64,000 bases of DNA. It comes from Candidatus Tectimicrobiota bacterium. Its GTDB lineage: Bacteria > JACPUC01. The position numbers and the translations under genes were made by a program. Shown here one piece after another: positions 1 to 8,287 of the stretch. Each line of letters starts with the position of its first letter. The stretch's first letter is position 1. The stretch spans positions 1 through 64,000 of the forward strand of contig JACPUC010000017.1 of assembly GCA_016192455.1 (NCBI GenBank), in the 5' to 3' direction. A model generated the notes under the pieces. That model was not told where the DNA came from. It was given only the letters and a program-made list of their open reading frames with translations, and made no database searches.

Positions 1-135
1 CACGTACGTCGCCCCACCGCTCTTCGACAACCACAGCGTGATCGCCGCCGTCAACGTCGTCTTCCCGTGGTCCACGTGACCAATCGTGCCGATGTTCACA
101 TGCGGCTTCGTGCGCTCAAATCTCGCCTTCGCCAT
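1..135 (-). CDS. tuf: Elongation factor Tu, N-terminal part (runs off the window start)
   Basis: Manual translation [33 protein letters not shown], the EF-Tu G1 motif; lies downstream of the Thr-Tyr-Gly-Thr tRNA cluster. Confidence 0.97.
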   Translation of the reverse strand, partial: MAKARFERTKPHVNIGTIGHVDHGKTTLTAAITLWLSKSGGATYV

Positions 136-497
136 GGTGGTGCTTCCTCCACACCGGCAGACAATTGGACCGCAGGACCGGAGCCGCGGGCTGAGCCGCT
201 TGCGGCCAACCCTGAACCATCATCGTGGAGGGATCTCCGCGAATCGAGGGCAGACTTCCGAGACCAAGCATTCACCCCCCCCGCTTGCCGCCCCCTGGGG
301 CGGCACCAATGAGGGGCTGGCCTCCTGGCGCCAAGACCTTGCTCATCAGGAAACGAACACAAACCCTTTCCCCGGCAAAGCGATGGTAACCACCTCCGGC
401 AGACAATGGGGATCGCCACGCCTTGTCCCGGTCGTTCCCCCACCTCCCCTGCCGCCGCGCCTGCCCCGCGAACCCCCGTAAAACCCTGGAAGGCCGC

Positions 498-572
498 TGG
501 AGCCCACGACCGGGATTGAACCGGTGACCCCTTCCTTACCAAGGAAGTGCTCTACCTCTGAGCTACGTGGGC
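498..572 (-). tRNA. tRNA-Thr(GGT)
   Basis: Reverse complement GCCCACGTAGCTCAG...CTTCC-TT-GGT-AA-GGAAG...GGTTCAATCCC...GTGGGCTCCA forms a cloverleaf with encoded CCA. Confidence 0.97.
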
Positions 573-605
573 CTGGCGTTTGAACGCCTGGTAGCCGTGT
601 CACGC

Positions 606-681
606 TGGAGCGGGAAACGGGATTCGAACCCGCGACCCTCAGCTTGGAAGGCTGATGCTCTGCCAACTGAGCTATTCCCGC
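606..681 (-). tRNA. tRNA-Gly(TCC)
   Basis: GCGGGAATAGCTCAGTTGG...TCAGC-CT-TCC-AA-GCTGA...GGTTCGAATCCC...CCCGCTCCA. Confidence 0.97.
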
Positions 682-950
682 CAACTTCGACCTTTGCGAG
701 GGCCTCTGACTGGTGCTACCACGACAGGCTTGATCACCCCGAACACACCACCCTCGCGGGGGCATCCTCTCAAGGACGGGCCCCCTGCTGACCCTCGGCG
801 GGGAGATTCTCGCGCTGGTAACCTCAGAAACACCCTGCTAGCACAGCCGCCCTGCAAACGTCAGGGGGAGAGAAGGGGTCCGATGCCGCGCCACACCACC
901 TTATCCATGGCGCGCCGCTCGCCGCCGCCTGGCGCATCGCCTGGGAAGGC

Positions 951-1035
951 TGGTGGGGAGGGGAGGATTCGAACCTCCGAAGGCTGAGCCGACAGATTTA
1001 CAGTCTGTTCCCTTTGGCCGCTCGGGAACCTCCCC
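951..1035 (-). tRNA. tRNA-Tyr(GTA)
   Basis: GGGGAGGTTCCCGAGCGGCCAAAGGGA-ACAGA-CT-GTA-AA-TCTGT, long variable arm, GGTTCGAATCC, CCA end. Confidence 0.97.
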
Positions 1036-1190
1036 AACGTGCTGGCGCACCGCCTTGCTTGCATACGGTCTCTTGCGGCTCCCCACGTGGCTGGGAGCCG
1101 GGCGGAAACCACGGTGCCGTGGCCGTCCGCTGCGCGCAGCGCGCCCCTGGCAAGCATGCCTTGCGGTTTGCTGGTGTCCGTTCGTGCTGT

Positions 1191-1238
1191 CCCTGGAGCT
1201 GAGCCTGGAGTTGACCCTGAAGCCATCCCTGGAGCTGG
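1191..1238. repeat. Four degenerate 12-bp tandem units overlapping the tRNA-Thr(TGT) 3' end
   Basis: ccctggagctga / gcctggagttga / ccctgaagccat / ccctggagctgg. Confidence 0.7.
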
Positions 1239-1304
1239 CGAAGGGATTTGAACCCCCGACCGGCTGATTACAAATCAGCTGCTCTACCCCTGAGCTACGC
1301 CAGC
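1230..1304 (-). tRNA. tRNA-Thr(TGT)
   Basis: GCTGGCGTAGCTCAGGGGTAGAGCA-GCTGA-TT-TGT-AA-TCAGC...GGTTCAAATCCC...GCCAGCTCCA. Confidence 0.97.
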
Positions 1305-1322
1305 CTTGCAGCGTAAAACATC

Positions 1323-1351
1323 ATCTTACGAAAATCTTCCGAGCCGGTCAA
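1323..1351 (-). promoter_or_regulatory. sigma70-type promoter of the tRNA-tuf operon
   Basis: TTGACC-N17-TAAGAT on the minus strand, about 19 bp upstream of tRNA-Thr(TGT). Confidence 0.75.
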
Positions 1352-1408
1352 GCTAAAACCGTGCCCCCTTCTCTTCCACCCTAACCTGCCGCGGCTGCGG
1401 CGGCTTCG

Positions 1409-2290
1409 TTACGGCGCCAAGGGGTACCAACCGCCGACCCGCTGACCCTTCTCCGCGCGCTGCGCCACCCCGCTCCGATCCCCCGGTCGCGCCTGACGCT
1501 GTCGCTGCACTTCGTAGATGAGGATGCTCGCCGCCACGCTGAGATTGAGGGGGGCCTGCACGCCGGCCGCCGGGATGCGCACGAGCTGGTCGCAGGTACG
1601 GCGCACCAGGGGACGCAAGCCCTTCGCCTCGCCGCCGATGACAATCGCCAGGGGACCGGCCAGGTCGACCCCATCACAGCGCGTCTCGGCTTCCGCCGCC
1701 GCGCCAATCACCCAGAGCCCGGCCTCCTGGAGCTGCCGCAGGCTCTCCGCCACGTTGACGACGCGCGCCACCGGCAGCCGCTCGAGCAGACCGGCCGCCG
1801 CCTTGGCAACCGTGCCGCCGAGGAGCGGAGCGTGGTGGCGGGGAAGGAGCAACCCATGCGCGCCGAGCACCGCCAGGGAGCGAATGACGGCGCCGAGATT
1901 GCGCGGGTCTTCCACCGCATCGAGCACGACAAGGAGCGGCGCCTGGCCGGCGGCCCGCGCGGCCTCGAGCATGGCCTCGCAGGTACTATAGGTCGTCGCT
2001 TCTCTGAGCGCCACGATCCCCTGGTGAGTCAGCGGCTGGCCGCCGCCGGGCCGCTCCCCGGCGGGTCGATCCAGGAGCCGATCCAGAAGGCGATCGAGCG
2101 CCGCCCTGCTGCACCCCTCAAGGGGAAGGCCGCGCTCCGCCGCCAGCACCTCCAGCTCCTGGCGCTGGGGGCCGTGCAGGCTGCGGGCCACAAGAAGCCG
2201 TGTGAGGCGCGGCTGCCCGGCGCGCAGCGCCTCCAGCACGGGCTTCCTGCCGTAGAGGACCTCCTCGGGCCTCAGCCGCTGCGCCGCCAC
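1409..2290 (-). CDS. rlmB: 23S rRNA (Gm2251) 2'-O-methyltransferase RlmB (SpoU family)
   Basis: YGRKPVLEAL, LDAVEDPRNLGAVIRS, IGGEAKGL and LNLSVAASILIYE motifs; follows cysS. Confidence 0.92.
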   Translation of the reverse strand: MAAQRLRPEEVLYGRKPVLEALRAGQPRLTRLLVARSLHGPQRQELEVLAAERGLPLEGCSRAALDRLLDRLLDRPAGERPGGGQPLTHQGIVALREATTYSTCEAMLEAARAAGQAPLLVVLDAVEDPRNLGAVIRSLAVLGAHGLLLPRHHAPLLGGTVAKAAAGLLERLPVARVVNVAESLRQLQEAGLWVIGAAAEAETRCDGVDLAGPLAIVIGGEAKGLRPLVRRTCDQLVRIPAAGVQAPLNLSVAASILIYEVQRQRQARPGDRSGVAQRAEKGQRVGGWYPLAP

Positions 2291-3729
2291 TGGGTTCCGT
2301 CCTTGCTGTCTTCAACGATGATGCCGCGCGCCTGCAGCTCGTCGCGGATGCGGTCGGCCTCGGCGTAGTCGCGCGCCCGACGCGCCGCGTTGCGCCGTTC
2401 GAGCTGCGCCGCCACCCACTCCTCGGTCACCCGCGCGCCGCCGAGCGCCGGCTGCCAGCGAAGGTACTCCAACGGTTGCCGCTGCATGATGCCGAGGACT
2501 CCGCCCACCTCGCGCAACTCCGCCGCAGCGGCGGCGCTCCCCTCCAGCTCGCCTCGATCAAGCCGGGCATTGAGGGTGGTGCTCGCCTCAAAGAGGGCCG
2601 CCAACGCCGCCGCGCTGTTGAAGTCGTTGTCCATGGCGCCGCCAAACTTCCGGCGCAGGACACTCTCCCCCTCCTCGCCGGCCGCTGCCTGCCGCTCGCC
2701 CGCGCCCCCAGGCGCGGTGGAGGCTGCGGGAGCGGCCGCGGCGGCCGCATCGAGGCGCTGCAGGAGGGTGTAGAAGTAGTCGAGGTTCTTCTTCGCCGTC
2801 GCCATCGCCTCCTCGGTGTAGTCGACCGGGCTGCGGTAGTGCGTGGAAATGAGGAAGAGGCGGATGACCTCCGGGTGGTAGCGTTCCAGGAGGCTGCGCA
2901 CCGTCAGGAAATTGCCGAGCGATTTCGACATCTTTTCGTGCTGGATGTTCACGAAGCCGTTGTGCACCCAGAAGTTCACGAAGGGCTGGCCGCTGGCCGC
3001 CTGCGACTGGGCCACCTCGTTCTCGTGATGCGGGAAGAGGAGGTCCTTGCCGCCGCCGTGGATGTCGAAGTGGGCGCCGAGGTAGGCGTGGCTCATCGCC
3101 GAGCACTCGATGTGCCACCCCGGACGGCCCGCTCCCCAGGGAGACTCCCAGGTGGGCTCGCCCGGCTTCGCCCCCTTCCAGAGCGCGAAGTCGAGGGGGT
3201 TCGCCTTCGCCTCGTTGGCTTCCACCCGCGCGCCGCTGAGCATCTCGTCAAGCTGGCGTCCCGACAGCTCTCCGTAGCGGGGGAACTTCTCCACGGAGAA
3301 GTAGACGTCGCCGTTTGCCTGGTAGGCGTAGCCCTTCTTCAGGAGCACCTCGATCATGGCGATGATGTCGCGCATGTGCCCCGACACCGTCGGCTCATGC
3401 TCCGGGGTGAGGACCCCGAGGGCCGCCATATCCTCGCGGTACTCCTGGATATAGCGCTCTGCGATGACGGAGCTGGGGACGTTCTCCGCCCTGGAGCGCA
3501 GGATGATCTTGTCATCGACATCGGTGAAGTTGCGCACGTAGCGCACCCGGTAGCCTTGCCAGCAGAAGTAGCGCACGATGAGGTCGAAGACGACGGCGCT
3601 GCGCGCGTGGCCCACGTGGCAGGCGTCGTAGGCGGTGATGCCGCAGACATAGAGACGCACCACGCCGGGCTCCAAGGGTTGAAACGGCTCCTTGCGGCGG
3701 GTTCGCGTGTTGTAAATGACCAGCGGCAT
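2272..3729 (-). CDS. cysS: Cysteinyl-tRNA synthetase
   Basis: YVCGITAYD, HVGH, GRPGWHIECSAM, DIHGGGKDLLFPHHENE, KMSKS. Confidence 0.98.
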   Translation of the reverse strand: MPLVIYNTRTRRKEPFQPLEPGVVRLYVCGITAYDACHVGHARSAVVFDLIVRYFCWQGYRVRYVRNFTDVDDKIILRSRAENVPSSVIAERYIQEYREDMAALGVLTPEHEPTVSGHMRDIIAMIEVLLKKGYAYQANGDVYFSVEKFPRYGELSGRQLDEMLSGARVEANEAKANPLDFALWKGAKPGEPTWESPWGAGRPGWHIECSAMSHAYLGAHFDIHGGGKDLLFPHHENEVAQSQAASGQPFVNFWVHNGFVNIQHEKMSKSLGNFLTVRSLLERYHPEVIRLFLISTHYRSPVDYTEEAMATAKKNLDYFYTLLQRLDAAAAAAPAASTAPGGAGERQAAAGEEGESVLRRKFGGAMDNDFNSAAALAALFEASTTLNARLDRGELEGSAAAAAELREVGGVLGIMQRQPLEYLRWQPALGGARVTEEWVAAQLERRNAARRARDYAEADRIRDELQARGIIVEDSKDGTQWRRSG

Positions 3730-3732
3730 GCC

Positions 3733-5256
3733 TCATTCCTCGTGTTGGAGGGCCTCATCAAGGCGCTGCAAGGCAAGGGCGCGCCCCATAAGCGGCAACA
3801 GAGCCGCCAGCTCAGGACCATGCTCCCGACCGGTCAGCACCAGCCGCACCGGTCGGTAGAGCGCCTTCCCCTTGATGCCGTGTTCTCGGCCGATGTCCCG
3901 CAGGAGCTCCGGAATCCCGGCGCAGGCGGCTTCGTCGCCCTGGGCCAGGCCGGCGCGCAGGCTGTGGAGGACGCGCCGCGCCGTGTCCTCGCGCAGCATG
4001 GCACGGACGCTCTCAGGCAGCGGCAACGGCGCCGCCTCGAAGACACGCCACCAGGCGAGGAGGTCGCGCAGCGTCTCGCAGTTCTGCCGCACGGCATGGA
4101 CGAAGGTTTCCCAGCGGGCTCCTCCGGGGAGCCGCGCGGCGGCCTCGGGATCACACGCCACGAGCGCCTGGCGCGCCGCCGCCGCGTCAAGCCGCCGCAG
4201 GTACGTGGCATTCAACCAGCGGAGCTTGTGCCAGGGAACCGTGGCCGGGCTGCTGCGCACGCGCGCCAGGTCGAACCTCGCCAGGAGCGCCGCGGTGTCG
4301 AACACCTCTTCCCCCTCCGGGTGCGACCAGCCCAGAAGGGCCAGGAAGTTGCGCAGCGCCGAGGCCAGGTAGCCTTCCCGCCGGTAGCTGCGCAGGCTGG
4401 TGCTGGCGTCGCGCTTGCTCAACGGACGCTGGTCGGCATGGACGAGCAAGGGGACATGGGCAAAGCAGGGCACCGGCGCTCCGAGCGCCGCATAGAGGAG
4501 GAGCTGCCGCGGCGTGTTCGGGAGATGGTCATCGCCGCGCACCACGTGGCTGATCACCATGTCGCTGTCATCGACGACCACCGCCAGATTGTACGTCGGG
4601 CTGCCGTCGGAACGCTGCACGATAAAGTCGCCGAGCGTCGGGCCGTCAACCTCCTGGGGGCCGTGGATGGCATCCTCCCAGCGCAGGCGGCCGGGCGGCG
4701 TCAGGAACCGCAGGGCATGCGGCGCCCCGGCGGCGAGTTTCGCGGCTCGCTCGCTGCTGCGGAGCTGCCGGCAGGTCCCGCCGTACCGCGGCGCGAGACC
4801 GCGCCGCAGCATGGCCTGGCGCTCCGCCTCGAGCTGCTCCGGGGTGCAGAAGCAGGGATAGAGTCGCTCCCCGCGCTGCAAGGTCTCGAGCGCGGCGGCA
4901 TAGTGCGCCCCGCGGTCCGACTGGCGGTAAGGTCCGTAGGCCCCGCCGCAGTCGGGGCCTTCATCCCAATCGATGCCGAGCCAGCGCAGGTCTTCCAGAA
5001 TCGTCTGCTCCGCCTCCGGTGTCGAGCGCTCGCGGTCGGTATCCTCGATGCGCAGGATGAAGGCGCCGCTCCCCTTCGTCACCCCCCTTCCCCGGTGCTC
5101 CTGCCCTCCACTGACGCCGCAGGCGGGCGGCAGCGCGAGGTCGGCGGCCTGCCGCGCCAGGAGCCAGTTGAAGAGCGCCGTGCGTGCATTGCCGAGGTGC
5201 AAATTCCCGGTTGGGCTCGGCGCGAAACGTGTACGCACCCTGGCGGTAGCAGCCAT
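3733..5256 (-). CDS. gltX: Glutamyl-tRNA synthetase
   Basis: RTRFAPSPTGNLHLG, LRIEDTD, HVVRGDDH, PLSKR, C-terminal anticodon-binding domain. Confidence 0.95.
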   Translation of the reverse strand: MAATARVRTRFAPSPTGNLHLGNARTALFNWLLARQAADLALPPACGVSGGQEHRGRGVTKGSGAFILRIEDTDRERSTPEAEQTILEDLRWLGIDWDEGPDCGGAYGPYRQSDRGAHYAAALETLQRGERLYPCFCTPEQLEAERQAMLRRGLAPRYGGTCRQLRSSERAAKLAAGAPHALRFLTPPGRLRWEDAIHGPQEVDGPTLGDFIVQRSDGSPTYNLAVVVDDSDMVISHVVRGDDHLPNTPRQLLLYAALGAPVPCFAHVPLLVHADQRPLSKRDASTSLRSYRREGYLASALRNFLALLGWSHPEGEEVFDTAALLARFDLARVRSSPATVPWHKLRWLNATYLRRLDAAAARQALVACDPEAAARLPGGARWETFVHAVRQNCETLRDLLAWWRVFEAAPLPLPESVRAMLREDTARRVLHSLRAGLAQGDEAACAGIPELLRDIGREHGIKGKALYRPVRLVLTGREHGPELAALLPLMGRALALQRLDEALQHEE

Positions 5257-5298
5257 GGACTCGTGTGCAGCGGTACGGGAGGAGGGAAGAACAGCGCG

Positions 5299-5778
5299 CT
5301 AACGCTCGCGTGCCTGCAGGAGCGCCACGGCATGGGCGGCCATGCCCTCGCCGCTGCCGGTGAAACCCAGCCCATCCGTGGACGTCGCTTTGATGCCCAC
5401 CTGGCCCAGCGCAACGCCGAGAGCTTCCGCCACGTTCCGCCGCATCGCCGCGGTGTAGGGCGCCAGCTTCGGCGCCTGGGCGATGATCACGGCATCGAGG
5501 TTGAGCAGGCGCCAGCCCGCCGGCTCGAGCATCGCCGCCACGCGGCGGAGGAGGTCGAGGCTGCAGGTGCCCCGCCAAGCCTCGTCACTGCTCGGGAAGT
5601 GCGTCCCCAGATCGCCGAGCGCGGCGGCGCCCAGGAGCGCATCGCAGACCGCGTGGCTCAGGACATCCGCGTCGGAGAACCCTTCCAGTCCCACATGGTA
5701 AGGGATGCGCACGCCACCCAGGATCAAGGGCCGATCCGCAACCAGGCGATGGGCGTCATAGCCAACCCCCACACGCAT
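5299..5778 (-). CDS. ispF: 2-C-methyl-D-erythritol 2,4-cyclodiphosphate synthase
   Basis: RVGVGYDAHRL, SDADVLSHAVCDALLGA, GDLGTHFP, IKATSTDGLGFTG. Confidence 0.96.
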   Translation of the reverse strand: MRVGVGYDAHRLVADRPLILGGVRIPYHVGLEGFSDADVLSHAVCDALLGAAALGDLGTHFPSSDEAWRGTCSLDLLRRVAAMLEPAGWRLLNLDAVIIAQAPKLAPYTAAMRRNVAEALGVALGQVGIKATSTDGLGFTGSGEGMAAHAVALLQARER

Positions 5779-5942
5779 GCCAGCCCTCGCCCACGCTGCG
5801 GATCGTCAGCACGCCTTTGGGCGCGCGCGCGGCGGCACCTCGCAACAGGTCCCAAACGCTGCGGCGCGCCACGACCGCCCATATCATCGAGGTACTTTAC
5901 CGAAAGGCTCGCGCCGACGCAAGCGCGGCCCGTCTCCGCAAG

Positions 5943-6659
5943 CTACGTCAACACCGGGGCGTCTGCTGCGGCTCCCTGCATCTGCAGGATCGCCTGGGCC
6001 AGGAGCAGGTCCTCCGGCGTGGTGATCTTGATGTTGAGGGGGGAACCGCGCACCACTTGCACCGTCGCCCCCATCTCTTCAACCAACTGAGCTTCATCAA
6101 AGCTGGTCCGCTGCGCGCGCTGGGCCCGCGCCATCGCCTCGGCGAGGAGGTCGCGCCGAAAGACTTGGGGCGTTTGCGCCTGCCAGAGGCTGGTTCGGTC
6201 CACCGTCCGCGTCACCGCGCCGTGGGGCTGCACCAGTTTGAGGCAGTCGCTCGCCGGCAGGGCGGCGATGGCGGCTCCATGGCGCGCCGCCGCGGCAATC
6301 GTCGCATCGATGAGGGAGGGGTTCACGAAGGGGCGCACGCCATCGTGGATGAGCACGAGCTCGACTTCCTCGCGCACGTGCGCCAGCCCCCGCGCCACGG
6401 TGTGGAAACGCTCCGCGCCACCCTCCAGCACGGCGGCCACCTTGCCGATCCCCCACTCGTGCATGAGGGCATGGCGCGCCCGCGTCAGCCAGGCAGCCCC
6501 GACGAGGACGATGATCTCCCGAATGGAGGGGTGCTGCGCCAGGCGGGACACCGTGTGCTGGAGCAGGGGCTGACCGCCGAGCAAGAGGAACTGCTTCGGC
6601 GTCTCCTCCCCCATGCGCTTGCCGTTCCCCGCAGCCGGAACGATTGCCGTTACCTGCAT
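5943..6659 (-). CDS. ispD: 2-C-methyl-D-erythritol 4-phosphate cytidylyltransferase
   Basis: IVPAAGNGKRMG, PKQF, LIHDGVRP, QTPQVF, NIKITTPEDL; start placed at MQVTAIV. Confidence 0.95.
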   Translation of the reverse strand: MQVTAIVPAAGNGKRMGEETPKQFLLLGGQPLLQHTVSRLAQHPSIREIIVLVGAAWLTRARHALMHEWGIGKVAAVLEGGAERFHTVARGLAHVREEVELVLIHDGVRPFVNPSLIDATIAAAARHGAAIAALPASDCLKLVQPHGAVTRTVDRTSLWQAQTPQVFRRDLLAEAMARAQRAQRTSFDEAQLVEEMGATVQVVRGSPLNIKITTPEDLLLAQAILQMQGAAADAPVLT

Positions 6660-6830
6660 GGCGCTGCCTCGCTTCTCCCCCGCCGCACCGCTCCTCCCGC
6701 CGCTCGCCTTGCCGCGCCGCGGCGCCATCCCCGCCCGCCACACCGGCCCCCTGGCACCCCTGCCTGGCGCGCTCGCCGGGGCCGGCCCGCCGAGACCGTC
6801 CGATTAATTAACCGGGGTTCCACGCCGCTC

Positions 6831-7859
6831 TCAGTTCTCTCGACTATTGAACGTGCTCTCGCGTTCGATGTCATCGCGCGGCTTGGTGAAGATCATCCGC
6901 CCGGCAGGAGTCTGCAGGACGCTGGTGACGGCCACCTCGATGTTGCGGCCGATGAACTTGCGGGCGTTATCGATGACGACCATGGTGCCGTCGTCAAGGT
7001 AGGCAACGCCCTGGCCGTACTCCTTGCCCTCCTTGAGGACGTACACCTGCATCATCTCGCCGGGCAACACCACCGGCTTCACGGCGTTGGCGAGCTGGTT
7101 GATGTTCATCACGCCGATGCCCTGCAGCTCGGCCACCTTGTTGAGGTTGAAGTCATTGGTGATGATCTTCCCCCCCAGCTTCTTGGCCAGCTCGACGAGC
7201 TTGGCGTCCACCTCCTTGACGCGCGGGAAATCGAAATCGACAATCTGCACCTCGGCGCTCTTTTGGATCTTCTTCAGAATGTCCAGACCGCGCCGGCCGC
7301 GGTTGCGTTTCAGCGAGTCCGAGGAGTCCGCGATTTGCTGCAGTTCCTTGAGGATGAACTGCGGGATGACCAGTTGGCCTTCGAGGAAGCCGGACTCGCA
7401 GATGTCGGCGACGCGGCCGTCGATAATGACACTCGTGTCGAGGATCTTGATGTTCTCCGGCAGAGTCGGCCCGCCGAAGAAGGCGCGCAGGGCGGCCAGG
7501 CTGAAATCGCCTCCTTTCAACATGCCGACGAGGACGCCGAGGTACGCAACGACGAGGTTGAGGAGCACCTTCATGGCGAGGGTGGCATTGGCGCTGAGGC
7601 CGGGGAGCACCAAGAACGCGCCCGCGAGCAGGTTTCCGCACACCAGGCCGAGGACAAGGCCGAGGAAGCCTCCCAGGAGCTTTGCCGTCGACAAGCGCCG
7701 AACGTTGCGCGAGGCGTACATGATCACGCCCGCGACCATGGCTCCCAGAAGGGCGCCCAGCATGAGGTAGGCTTGGTGTGGTGAATACTGCAGCACAAGG
7801 AGCGCACTCCCACCGGCCGCCATCAAGGTAAACAAAGACCGGAGGAACAGTAGCGGCAC
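6831..7859 (-). CDS. Membrane PIN/TRAM domain protein (YacL family)
   Basis: N-terminal TM helices, KILDTSVIIDGR PIN motif, KEGKEYGQGVAYLDDGTMVV TRAM domain; radA-yacL-ispD synteny; GTG start chosen after a purine-rich RBS. Confidence 0.9.
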   Translation of the reverse strand: MPLLFLRSLFTLMAAGGSALLVLQYSPHQAYLMLGALLGAMVAGVIMYASRNVRRLSTAKLLGGFLGLVLGLVCGNLLAGAFLVLPGLSANATLAMKVLLNLVVAYLGVLVGMLKGGDFSLAALRAFFGGPTLPENIKILDTSVIIDGRVADICESGFLEGQLVIPQFILKELQQIADSSDSLKRNRGRRGLDILKKIQKSAEVQIVDFDFPRVKEVDAKLVELAKKLGGKIITNDFNLNKVAELQGIGVMNINQLANAVKPVVLPGEMMQVYVLKEGKEYGQGVAYLDDGTMVVIDNARKFIGRNIEVAVTSVLQTPAGRMIFTKPRDDIERESTFNSREN

Positions 7860-7883
7860 CTCATCACCCCCTTGCAGGGTTAA

Positions 7884-8071
7884 AGGTAGGAAAGGAAACG
7901 TCACCCCCGCCGGTGGGGCAGGGCAGGGCACGCATCCTGACAATGCGCAGGCAAAATGGAGAGCCGTCTGAAAGCGAAGGAGCGAGGAAAAGCGCACGTC
8001 TCGCCGAACACGTGGTCCCGGCGCTGATACTTCCCTACTACGCCCACACCGAGCTTTAAGGTTCCTACGTT
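7884..8071 (-). ncRNA. Putative structured leader or sRNA of about 190 nt (family unknown)
   Basis: Long-range pairing GTAGGAA/TTCCTAC and CGGTGTGGGC/GCCCCACCG, with G-U wobbles favouring the minus strand; lies just downstream of a promoter-like TTGCAG-N16-TATATT. Confidence 0.35.
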
Positions 8072-8080
8072 AGCCTTCTA

Positions 8081-8108
8081 AATATAAGGTGCGGGAAAAA
8101 TTCTGCAA
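8081..8108 (-). promoter_or_regulatory. Putative sigma70 promoter upstream of the PIN/TRAM leader
   Basis: TTGCAG-N16-TATATT within an AT-rich patch. Confidence 0.5.
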
Positions 8109-8287
8109 GAACTGAAAGAACGCTCAGCCCACCCTCTTGGCTGCCGCGCCGCCCCTCCTCTCCATTCCATGGCGGCCTGCCGGCGCTGACCAGTGAACCT
8201 GCGGCACCGCGGCCAGACCGTTCCACGGCCTCGAAACCCCCCCGGCGGGACAAACGGGGAGCGCCCAGGAAGGCGATTGCGGCGCCT

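Noticed and set aside
682..950. Unusually long spacers inside the tRNA operon (also 136-497 and 1036-1190) as small genes or RNAs
   Set aside because: No convincing ORF with RBS, cloverleaf or recognisable RNA motif found by eye.
2476..6090. 1204-aa plus-strand ORF, and similar long antisense ORFs (14506-17436, 26374-28449, 55704-58028, 59683-61581)
   Set aside because: Shadow frames opposite well-conserved genes in high-GC DNA; no recognisable motifs.
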